IMG/VR virus record: IMGVR_UViG_3300030333_003828
Location: 1 to 52,686 of that record
Direction: 5' to 3' (one strand)
Length of the DNA stretch: 52,686 bases
DNA from: a virus
Taxonomy: Duplodnaviria; Caudoviricetes
The first letter of the stretch is position 1. Every line of letters begins with the position of its first letter. Shown here piece after piece: positions 18,420 to 26,117 of this stretch. The translations under genes were made by a program, and so were the position numbers. The notes under the pieces were generated by a model. The model made no database searches. It was not told the origin of the DNA and worked only from the letters and a program-made list of their open reading frames with translations.

Positions 18420-19077
18420 CATGCGTAGTGAAGGTTTAGTAAACAATCTTCATGAATATACATTTCATATCTTAGGTTGCGGAGCTATTGGTAGCTCTGC
18501 AGCCACTCAATTAGCAAGAGCTGGAGCAGAAAAGTTCTTGCTATATGATATGGATGACGTAGCAACAGAAAATATCGGAGTATCACAGTATTCTGGCGAA
18601 CATATAGATATGAAGAAAGTAGAAGCTCTTAATGAAATTCTACTTGGGATTAACTATAAGTGTAATATTATGATGTATCCAGAATATTATAATATGTTTC
18701 GATATCAAGACAATAATGATATTGTAATTCTAGGCTTTGATTCTATGAAATCTAGAAAAGAAGCTGTAGAAGATATATGCAGTAATAAGCGTACCAAACC
18801 TTATTTACTCATAGATGGCAGAATGGGTGGCGAACATTATCAGCAATACGTATTTACAAATGTAACACTAGCTAATTATCTTAAAACGTGGTATTCTGAT
18901 GAGGATGGCGACCCAGAGCCATGCAATGTCAAGGCAACAACATATTGTTCTAATATGGCAGGTTCTTTCATTGTAAATGCTATCAGGAAAATAGTGACTA
19001 AAAGTCCTTATGAAAAGGAATTGACATTTAATTTTCCTAGCATGACACTACAAAAAAATACTTGCTTACCAGTATGA
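18406..19077 (+). CDS. ThiF/E1-family adenylyltransferase (Ubl-activating enzyme)
   Basis: GCGAIG, LYDMDDVATENIGVSQY, KKVEAL, GFDS and IDGRMGG motifs; candidate catalytic Cys in PEPC. Start moved from 18391 to 18406 (GGAGG RBS). Confidence 0.92.
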   Translation: MAGINMRSEGLVNNLHEYTFHILGCGAIGSSAATQLARAGAEKFLLYDMDDVATENIGVSQYSGEHIDMKKVEALNEILLGINYKCNIMMYPEYYNMFRYQDNNDIVILGFDSMKSRKEAVEDICSNKRTKPYLLIDGRMGGEHYQQYVFTNVTLANYLKTWYSDEDGDPEPCNVKATTYCSNMAGSFIVNAIRKIVTKSPYEKELTFNFPSMTLQKNTCLPV

Positions 19078-19090
19078 CATAACGTATATT
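19062..19090 (+). promoter_or_regulatory. Sigma70-like promoter for the replication module
   Basis: TTGCTT-17-TATATT with an upstream A-tract. Confidence 0.55.
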
Positions 19091-19125
19091 GATAGTTCCC
19101 TAGCAACCTCTGTTAGGGAATTATC
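19091..19125 (+). other. 15-bp hairpin between the E1 and AAA genes
   Basis: GATAGTTCCCTAGCA-ACCTC-TGTTAGGGAATTATC (two G-U pairs). Confidence 0.7.
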
Positions 19126-19151
19126 GTTATCTAAAATGCAAAGGAAAAACA

Positions 19152-19826
19152 ATGAAACTAAAAAAAGAAAAGAGGAAAGCTGTGTCTATTAATCCTTCCA
19201 CTCTTTTACTATACGGAGCTCCAAAAGTAGGTAAAACTACTATGTTATCTCAGTTAGATGATTGTCTAATTATAGATACTGAGAAAGGTAGTCGTATGGT
19301 AGAAGGTTACATACAGGAAGTGAATAGTAGAGACGAGCTCATAGAAACTCTTATAGCAATAAAAGAAAGTAAAGATGTTAAGTATAAGTATATAGCTATA
19401 GACACTATAGATAAAGTAGCTGAATGGGCTGAAAGAAGAGTCTGTGAGGAAGAAGGTGTTAATTCTATAGCAGACTTAGCTTTTGGTAAAGGTTATGGAT
19501 TAGTAAGAGAAAAAGTAGCTAAAACTATATCTCACTTTAAAGAAGTAGCTGAACATCTTATCATTATTGGACATAGAAAAGTAGCTTATGCAGTTACAGA
19601 AGGCAATCCTATAGTTATACCAGAATCATTAGATTTAACTGGTAAACTAAAGAATGTTATCATGGCTGGATGTGATGCTATTGGTTATGTTTATCGTAAT
19701 GACAAAGAAGAGCTAATGGTATCATTTAAAGCAAATGATGCTATAGAGGCTGGTAGTAGATGTCCTCACTTAAAAGGTAAGGATGTTAAATTTCAATGGA
19801 ATAATATATATAAGGAGAAAAAGTAA
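19152..19826 (+). CDS. AAA_24/Sak4-like phage NTPase (recombination)
   Basis: YGAPKVGKTT, IDTEKGS, IAIDT and CDAIGY motifs. Confidence 0.85.
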   Translation: MKLKKEKRKAVSINPSTLLLYGAPKVGKTTMLSQLDDCLIIDTEKGSRMVEGYIQEVNSRDELIETLIAIKESKDVKYKYIAIDTIDKVAEWAERRVCEEEGVNSIADLAFGKGYGLVREKVAKTISHFKEVAEHLIIIGHRKVAYAVTEGNPIVIPESLDLTGKLKNVIMAGCDAIGYVYRNDKEELMVSFKANDAIEAGSRCPHLKGKDVKFQWNNIYKEKK

Positions 19827-20414
19827 ATGGCTATTTTTAGACCAGAAGAAAAGAAATCTTCAGGAAGTCCCTATTTGGGAGTTATTGAAGTAGGTATTAT
19901 TGGGTTTAGTAACAGAGCAAAAGAATTTGACTTTGCTGATATTTTTATAGAAGTTGAATTGTCTGTTAAAGGTAGTGAATATAGCAATAAAATGGCTATT
20001 CTGGGAAGTTTAGATAAAGATGCATCTGGCAATATTACAGGTGGGTCTGTCTTAAATAGAATGTATAAGTTATTTGATGCTATTGGTTGTAATGCAGGTT
20101 TAAATGTGCAGGGTGTATTTGAGGATGAGAATGGAAACACAATTGATGATATAGCTACATATTTAAACGAAAGATTCACGACTACAGGCGAACAATATTC
20201 AGCTTATTCATATAAGAAAAAGCCAAAGCCAGGTAAGAAGATATATACTGAGATTTATCCAAGGTTATATCCTAATACAGCAGAAGGTAAGGCTCAATGT
20301 CAGCAAGATACAGATTGGTTAAAGGGTAAAGGTGTTATTAAAGAAGCAGATGCGAGTGATATGCCTCAACAGAATGATACTCCTTTAGCAGCTAATGCAT
20401 TGAACAATCTGTGA
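19827..20414 (+). CDS. Putative single-stranded DNA-binding protein
   Basis: Between the Sak4-like ATPase and the primase-helicase, the usual SSB position; flexible C-terminal tail. Confidence 0.5.
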   Translation: MAIFRPEEKKSSGSPYLGVIEVGIIGFSNRAKEFDFADIFIEVELSVKGSEYSNKMAILGSLDKDASGNITGGSVLNRMYKLFDAIGCNAGLNVQGVFEDENGNTIDDIATYLNERFTTTGEQYSAYSYKKKPKPGKKIYTEIYPRLYPNTAEGKAQCQQDTDWLKGKGVIKEADASDMPQQNDTPLAANALNNL

Positions 20415-22180
20415 ACTACGTAGAGATAGCAGTGGGTTCCCCTAGGAGTAGGGGAACTCTGGTATTGAAGTCTGAACTTCACAAATATATACCACTTGAT
20501 GGTACGGCATTGTATCGTTCTGTTTATCTCTATGATAAGGATGCGAAAGAATACGCAGACTCAAAAGGTACTTTAAAAGGCTACCAGGGAGAACGAGGTA
20601 TTGACAATGTTTTAATTGATATAGACAGAAAAGATAATTCTGACGACTATACACTAGCTAAATTAAGAGAAACTCTTAATCATCTAGATATACTTGAAGT
20701 GCTTGACGAGAGCATTCAATGTTATTTTAGTGGCACAGGATATCATATCGTTATATCAAATAAAGTATTTAATTTTGTTCCTTCTGGTAGTTTACCTTAT
20801 CAAGTAAAAAGAACAATGTCGTCATTGTTCAATAATATTGATACAAGTATCTATATGAGAAGTGGAATATATAGAGTTGCACATACTAAGAATCAAAAAA
20901 CAGGACTCTATAAAATTCCAATAACATTGCGAGAATCAAAATCCTTATCATCAAAAGAAATACATAAATTAGCTACTGAACCCAGATTTGAATATCCATA
21001 TGAATTATTAGATGGAGATGGGGAGTTAGAAACAGCTGTTTGCACAGAAACGCCCAAAGTTGCCGAATTTACAAAGATTTCCGAGCCAACCAAGGTAGTA
21101 CCCTGTGTACAAACAATGTTGCGAAATGGCCCCATAGAGGGCTCTAGACACAATACTGCCCTTAGAATCATTAGTCACTTTAAAAGACATGGGATTCCAA
21201 GTGAGTATGCAAAAGTAGCTTTATTACATTGGAATAACAATACATTAAACGAGCAAAAAATGATTGAAAAAGTAGAATCCGTATACAATGGAAACTATAA
21301 TTACGGATGTCAAGATGTGCTTATGAAGAAGTATTGTCAGACAAAATGTAATTTCTTTAAAAACAAGGATTATCACATACATGTTAAAGATGCAGATGAA
21401 CTACAAAAAGAGTTTCAGGAAAGAATAGAAACTAATTTTGTAGGCAGAGCAATCCCATTGACAGAAATGTTTGGGTTAACAAACTATGATACTCAGATAT
21501 ATCCAGGAGAGTTAGTAACTATATTTGGGCCCACAGGCTCAAATAAGACTACTTTAGCTCAAAACTTAGCACTAGGAGTTGATTTTAAAAATGACAGAAT
21601 CAACAAGAAGTGGCAACTACCAACGCTGTTCCTATCTTTAGAGTTATCTGCCTGGTATATGCATAGAAGACATTTGCAAATCGTCTCTGGTTTATCCAAA
21701 GATGAAGTAAATGATAATTATAAAGAAATTTATAATGATTATGCAGACCAATTAAGGCATTTACAGATACAAACAGTTTCTCCAACTTTATCTTCTATAC
21801 AAAATAAGATAAAAGAATTAAATCCAGCTGTTGTTATAGTGGATTACATAGATTTAGTAGAGACACCTCAGAATATTAGAGGAGAATACGAACAAATAAA
21901 GTTTGTCTCTCATAGCTTATCTAGTTTAGCTGTAAATCTTGATGTAATAATAATTCAAATATCTCAAGTTAGTAGAGAGTATAGTAGAAATGAAGTACTT
22001 GATTTATATGCAGGTAAAGGCTCAGGAGCCATAGAAAATGCGTCACGTAAAGTGATTGGATTAAATGGACAAGCAAATAGTGACATAAAGCATATACATA
22101 TGTATAAAAATACAGATGGAGAATTATTCGATACAAAGGTTGAATGGCGAGAAAGCTTTAGATTAAGGAGAGTCGAATGA
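20411..22180 (+). CDS. AEP primase-polymerase fused to a DnaB-like helicase
   Basis: IDID, FSGTGYH, IYRVAHTKN, PCV/EGSRHN; C-terminal GPTGSNKT, LSLEL, VDYIDL, ISQVSR and SGAIEN. Confidence 0.88.
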   Translation: MNYVEIAVGSPRSRGTLVLKSELHKYIPLDGTALYRSVYLYDKDAKEYADSKGTLKGYQGERGIDNVLIDIDRKDNSDDYTLAKLRETLNHLDILEVLDESIQCYFSGTGYHIVISNKVFNFVPSGSLPYQVKRTMSSLFNNIDTSIYMRSGIYRVAHTKNQKTGLYKIPITLRESKSLSSKEIHKLATEPRFEYPYELLDGDGELETAVCTETPKVAEFTKISEPTKVVPCVQTMLRNGPIEGSRHNTALRIISHFKRHGIPSEYAKVALLHWNNNTLNEQKMIEKVESVYNGNYNYGCQDVLMKKYCQTKCNFFKNKDYHIHVKDADELQKEFQERIETNFVGRAIPLTEMFGLTNYDTQIYPGELVTIFGPTGSNKTTLAQNLALGVDFKNDRINKKWQLPTLFLSLELSAWYMHRRHLQIVSGLSKDEVNDNYKEIYNDYADQLRHLQIQTVSPTLSSIQNKIKELNPAVVIVDYIDLVETPQNIRGEYEQIKFVSHSLSSLAVNLDVIIIQISQVSREYSRNEVLDLYAGKGSGAIENASRKVIGLNGQANSDIKHIHMYKNTDGELFDTKVEWRESFRLRRVE

Positions 22181-22380
22181 AAGGTTGGGTTTTAAGTATA
22201 ATAATAGAAGAGAATTTGTTTATGTTAGAATTTTTCAAAACATTTAGAGTGGGATTAGCTGCAATAAATGATTTATCTGGTAAAGCTATGTCAGTTATAA
22301 TTGGAATATGGAAAGCAGAAACAAATATTACCTTAGCTATAAGAAAAAAGCTAGAGTGGCACGATGTCGGTGAAGCGTAG
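22177..22380 (+). CDS. Hypothetical protein
   Basis: ATGA overlap with the helicase stop; AGGAG RBS. Confidence 0.6.
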   Translation: MKGWVLSIIIEENLFMLEFFKTFRVGLAAINDLSGKAMSVIIGIWKAETNITLAIRKKLEWHDVGEA

Positions 22381-22837
22381 AACCACTAAGCGTATGAAGT
22401 TTTGGGAAGACAAGTTCTTCCCAAAGCTTAAAAAACATCATGGAAATAGAGCGAAAGGGATATTTCATAGGCTTATGAAAAAATCATCGACTCTAAGAAC
22501 ATCATTAAAAAGGAGGAGTAGAGAGTATGAAGTGGTTTTTAATATCAGCCTTAAGGAAATTAGAAATCTTATATATTCCGAGTATGGAAGAAAATGCAAG
22601 TATTGCAAAGATATTCTTAAGATTAACAATATGGTATGTGACCATTGTATTCCTATTAGCCATGGCGGTGATTCTACTCCTAAAAATCTTCAAATGATAT
22701 GTTCAAGATGCAATACAAGAAAAGGTCCTTTGACAGACAAGGCTTATATTAAGTTATTAGCTTGGTTAAAAAGGCAGAATAAAAATACAAGAGACTATAT
22801 TTTAAGAAAATTAGCAAGAAGTGATGTATTTAAATAA
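22364..22837 (+). CDS. HNH endonuclease
   Basis: CKYC...DHCIPISHGG...NLQMICSRCNTRK. Confidence 0.9.
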   Translation: MSVKRRTTKRMKFWEDKFFPKLKKHHGNRAKGIFHRLMKKSSTLRTSLKRRSREYEVVFNISLKEIRNLIYSEYGRKCKYCKDILKINNMVCDHCIPISHGGDSTPKNLQMICSRCNTRKGPLTDKAYIKLLAWLKRQNKNTRDYILRKLARSDVFK

Positions 22838-22846
22838 GGAGATACT

Positions 22847-23029
22847 ATGATAAGCAAAATATATGGACAAACTAAATACAAAAGTATGTTTCAGGCTGGT
22901 AAAGGAAAAGGAAGAAAAAGACCAAATTTAAGTAAAGCATATAAAGAGGCAATAGCAATGTCTAGATTAACACCTTCCATTAAGAGGGTTGTAACTTATA
23001 AAATTAAGAAAAAAATTAATGAGCAGTAG
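22847..23029 (+). CDS. Small basic hypothetical protein
   Basis: AAGGAG RBS; K/R-rich. Confidence 0.6.
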   Translation: MISKIYGQTKYKSMFQAGKGKGRKRPNLSKAYKEAIAMSRLTPSIKRVVTYKIKKKINEQ

Positions 23030-23250
23030 AGAGCCGAGTAGGTGTTATTTTACTTACAGTTTGTTTGCACCGAAATGCGTGAGCACGGACGAGGTTTTTC
23101 GGGTTTTCCTATTACCCACTTATTGGACCTATTTGACACTGCTCATTACTTTATAGGTAACAGACTATGGATATAGGATGTTATCTCGTCGAAAAGAGAA
23201 CGGGGTGGTCAAGGAGCTTAAAAGTTGCTTGGTGCAAAACCACCCCTGAC
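23017..23250 (+). ncRNA. Candidate structured RNA with pseudoknot
   Basis: TAATGAGCAGT/ACTGCTCATTA closing stem, inner CGAGTAGGT/ACCTATTTG, loop CCGAAA complementary to TTTCGG, then two more hairpins. Confidence 0.55.
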
Positions 23251-23264
23251 TCGGAAGGAGATGT

Positions 23265-23363
23265 ATGGACTATCAGAGAATACTAGCATGGTGGAGCATT
23301 ATAATATTTGGTTTCATTTTTTGGTATGCAATATACCAAGCAATTAGAAACTTATTATTTTAA
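23265..23363 (+). CDS. 32-aa membrane peptide
   Basis: Not in the track. AAGGAG RBS; MDYQRILAWWSIIIFGFIFWYAIYQAIRNLLF. Confidence 0.6.
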   Translation: MDYQRILAWWSIIIFGFIFWYAIYQAIRNLLF

Positions 23364-23381
23364 TCTACTAAAGGGGAAGTT

Positions 23382-23516
23382 ATGAACTGCAAATTAACAA
23401 GATTAGATAAACTTAATATTAAATTTAAAAGGTATATATTAAAATGGAAAGTGAAGGATATTGCAGAAAGATTCAAAGTAAACGTAAGGACTGTTTATCG
23501 AGTCTTAAAAGATTAG
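23382..23516 (+). CDS. Small helix-turn-helix DNA-binding protein (44 aa)
   Basis: Not in the track. VKDIAERFKVNVRTVYRVL is a classic Hin-like HTH; AAGGGG RBS. Confidence 0.75.
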   Translation: MNCKLTRLDKLNIKFKRYILKWKVKDIAERFKVNVRTVYRVLKD

Positions 23517-23585
23517 AGTTAATAAGGTATCAAGAGGAATTATATAATCTACGATACCGAAACGGAAAATGGATAAGGAGATACA

Positions 23586-23810
23586 ATGGCAAGAAAAAGC
23601 AGAAAAGTCGTTCTAGCTAAATTTGACGAACGTGCAGAAGCAGGTCGAAAGATAGCTATAGCGAAAATAAAAGCAAAAGCGAAGAATGATGGCTTAACAT
23701 CATCAGAAAGAAGAATAAAAAAGATAAAGAAAGTAGCAAATGGATGCTGGTGGGTAGAACAATATCTATTAGCAAATATGAACTATAGAGTTCGTAGGTT
23801 TGAAGAATAA
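23586..23810 (+). CDS. Basic hypothetical protein
   Basis: TAAGGAG RBS. Confidence 0.65.
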   Translation: MARKSRKVVLAKFDERAEAGRKIAIAKIKAKAKNDGLTSSERRIKKIKKVANGCWWVEQYLLANMNYRVRRFEE

Positions 23811-24183
23811 AGATAGTAAATGGGATATTGACCTGGCCTTTGGCGAAAAGTACGAAGATTCTTTAGCAGAAATTCTACAAATAGGTACTATAGAAGTGAA
23901 AACAGAACGTGATAAGTGGAAAGAAACAGGAAACATATATGTAGAAATGGCTTGTCGTGGGGCCTTAAGTGGATTAGTTACTACTAAGGCTGACTGGTGG
24001 GCAACGATATTAACCTTTGGAGGAGTCATAGAGGGGGTAGTATTGTTGCCCACAAAACTCATGAAGAAGAGAGTAAAGAATCTGATAAAAAATAATGTAG
24101 CTAAATATCCTACAGCAGGTGGAGATGATAATGATAGTGTAGGTGCATTAGTTCCAATTAAGGAGTTGTTATATGAAGAATAA
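23800..24183 (+). CDS. PD-(D/E)XK-type nuclease-like protein
   Basis: GEKYE...IEVKTER...TGNIYVE...TKADWW pattern. Confidence 0.7.
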   Translation: MKNKDSKWDIDLAFGEKYEDSLAEILQIGTIEVKTERDKWKETGNIYVEMACRGALSGLVTTKADWWATILTFGGVIEGVVLLPTKLMKKRVKNLIKNNVAKYPTAGGDDNDSVGALVPIKELLYEE

Positions 24184-24907
24184 AATAGAGCTATATAAAG
24201 AAAGCTTAGATGTTAGAAGACATGAATCTGGAGAAAGATGGTATGCTCCAAGAGGTTCATATGACTGGAAACCTTCAGTAACAACAATAATATCTAATAC
24301 TATAAGTAAAGGCGAAGGCTTTGAAAGATGGCTAGGAAATCATCCAAGCTATGATATAGCCTGTCAAGAAAGAGATAAAGCTGCAGCAAGAGGCACAGAA
24401 GTGCATGAGATGGCAGAACAATATATGCTAGGAGAACAAGTAGAGACAGACAAAGAGGAAATATCAAAACACATGATGTCCTTTGAAAAATTCTGGCTTG
24501 AGAATGAAGTACAATTAATTGATACTGAGTTGTTCATGTGGCATAAAGACGTACCATGGGCTGGTACATGTGATATAATAGCCAAAATTAACGGTAAAAA
24601 CTGGATAATAGACATAAAGACTGGTAACTATTATAAATCGCATGAAATACAGCTAAATATGTACGCAGAACTGCTACGCAAGATAACAGATGAGCCTGTA
24701 GATATAATAGCAGGTTTATACACAAAGGGTAGATGGATTAAAGAACCTAATTATCAATTGAAGAAATTTAAATTCAATTTAGATATAGCAATAGAAACTA
24801 CAAATCTATGGAAGTTTCTAATGGGTGGTAATCCTAAGCCGAAAATAAAAGTTAAATTAAAAACTAAATTTGAAATGAGAGGTAAAAATGAATACGACCT
24901 ATTGTAA
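24173..24907 (+). CDS. PD-(D/E)XK exonuclease
   Basis: PSVTTII, RGTEVH, AGTCD, IIDIKTG and QLNMY motifs. Confidence 0.85.
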   Translation: MKNKIELYKESLDVRRHESGERWYAPRGSYDWKPSVTTIISNTISKGEGFERWLGNHPSYDIACQERDKAAARGTEVHEMAEQYMLGEQVETDKEEISKHMMSFEKFWLENEVQLIDTELFMWHKDVPWAGTCDIIAKINGKNWIIDIKTGNYYKSHEIQLNMYAELLRKITDEPVDIIAGLYTKGRWIKEPNYQLKKFKFNLDIAIETTNLWKFLMGGNPKPKIKVKLKTKFEMRGKNEYDLL

Positions 24908-25142
24908 AGAAAAGATAGTAAGTCTTAAAAAGATTATAAAAGAAAAAGACGAAGAGATAAAACATCTTAAAAATGAACTATTTTTATGTGAAGAGTCTAA
25001 AAAGAAAGCTGGTATTATCTCTAAAGGCAATATGACAGCCACGCCTGTCCCAAAATTTAGCAAACCTGATATGAAAAAATTATTAAAAGGAAGAGCTAAA
25101 GCATTAGAAGCTTATGCTAAAAAACTAAATGAGGATAATTAG
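24888..25142 (+). CDS. Coiled-coil hypothetical protein
   Basis: GAGG RBS; overlaps its neighbours. Confidence 0.6.
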   Translation: MNTTYCKEKIVSLKKIIKEKDEEIKHLKNELFLCEESKKKAGIISKGNMTATPVPKFSKPDMKKLLKGRAKALEAYAKKLNEDN

Positions 25143-25386
25143 GCTCGTAACTATGCATAGCTTTGACCCCTGTGGTATGTGCAAGGATGTGAAGAGAGGG
25201 AAACGCTGGGAATATAAATCAGATTCATTGGTTCCCAGCTACACTCCAAAAATACTATTTGTATGTGAAAAGTGTATATACAGGGAGAATTATGGAAGTA
25301 AGTTTTATAGAAAAGCTATGAAAAAGAAACTATTTGAAAAATTAAACTATAACTTTGGCGATGAAACGCCAAGACTGGAGAAATAA
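25129..25386 (+). CDS. Zinc-binding hypothetical protein
   Basis: CGMC...CEKC. Confidence 0.6.
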   Translation: MRIIRLVTMHSFDPCGMCKDVKRGKRWEYKSDSLVPSYTPKILFVCEKCIYRENYGSKFYRKAMKKKLFEKLNYNFGDETPRLEK

Positions 25387-25640
25387 TGGCTCAGAAAAAG
25401 AAGTATAAAGATATTGGTAAGAAAGATATTATCGGTGTTATCAATCAATTAATAAGAAAAATGGAAGCAATAGAAATGACATTAAATATTCTTATTTTAA
25501 AGTCAGATGAATATAAAAATGAGGGGGTTCCTACATTTCAAGAATTTACAGAAGAAAAGCTAAAGGAGGGAGCAAATGACGCACCAACAGATGAAAAAGC
25601 TGATGGAGCTGGAGATACTGCCAGCGATAACAAGGACTAG
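25386..25640 (+). CDS. Hypothetical protein
   Basis: TAATG coupling; GGAG RBS. Confidence 0.6.
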   Translation: MAQKKKYKDIGKKDIIGVINQLIRKMEAIEMTLNILILKSDEYKNEGVPTFQEFTEEKLKEGANDAPTDEKADGAGDTASDNKD

Positions 25641-25881
25641 AGACGCAGGACAAAAGGAATATGCTCATGATGAAGATGATGTATTTGCAAATTTCAAAAG
25701 AGTTGCAAATGCATTAGATTCATCAAAAGAAAAGGTATTAATGGTGTATCTACTAAAGCACATAGATGGGATATCTGCCTATACTAAAGGACATAAATCA
25801 CAAAGAGAAGACGTAAGAGGAAGATTAACAGATGCTATAGTATATTTAATGTTATTGTGGGCTATGGTAATAGAGGAATGA
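25576..25881 (+). CDS. DUF1599/nucleotide-modification-associated (all-alpha NTP-PPase-like) protein
   Basis: KEYA..D.FANF...KH.D.I...RLTDAIVYL pattern; GGAGG RBS. Confidence 0.65.
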   Translation: MTHQQMKKLMELEILPAITRTRDAGQKEYAHDEDDVFANFKRVANALDSSKEKVLMVYLLKHIDGISAYTKGHKSQREDVRGRLTDAIVYLMLLWAMVIEE

Positions 25882-26117
25882 AATATTATTTTATTCTTTT
25901 GGTAACATTTCATAGTATAGAAGAAATATATACTTGCAATAATCCAAATACCTTAGGAAATGAAAATATACATATGCTTTGTAATTGGAATGATGATGAT
26001 TTTATACAATACCCCGACGGGGAAAGACTCTTAAGACCGAAAAGAAAAAAAGATAACTTTATTAAAGCTTATTATAGGAAAAAGTATTGGATTAATAAAA
26101 TGAAGTACCAGGAGTAG
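25878..26117 (+). CDS. Hypothetical protein with signal-peptide-like N-terminus
   Basis: Likely start MKYYFILLVTF (ATGA overlap, GAGG RBS); last + arm gene, overlaps the RNAP stop. Confidence 0.45.
   Translation: MKYYFILLVTFHSIEEIYTCNNPNTLGNENIHMLCNWNDDDFIQYPDGERLLRPKRKKDNFIKAYYRKKYWINKMKYQE

Noticed and set aside
18406-19077. ThiF as a thiamine/molybdopterin auxiliary metabolic gene
   Set aside because: No thiG, moaE or sulfurtransferase partner is present, and the neighbours are JAB, E2-like and Ubl genes. Sulfur transfer is disfavoured but not excluded.
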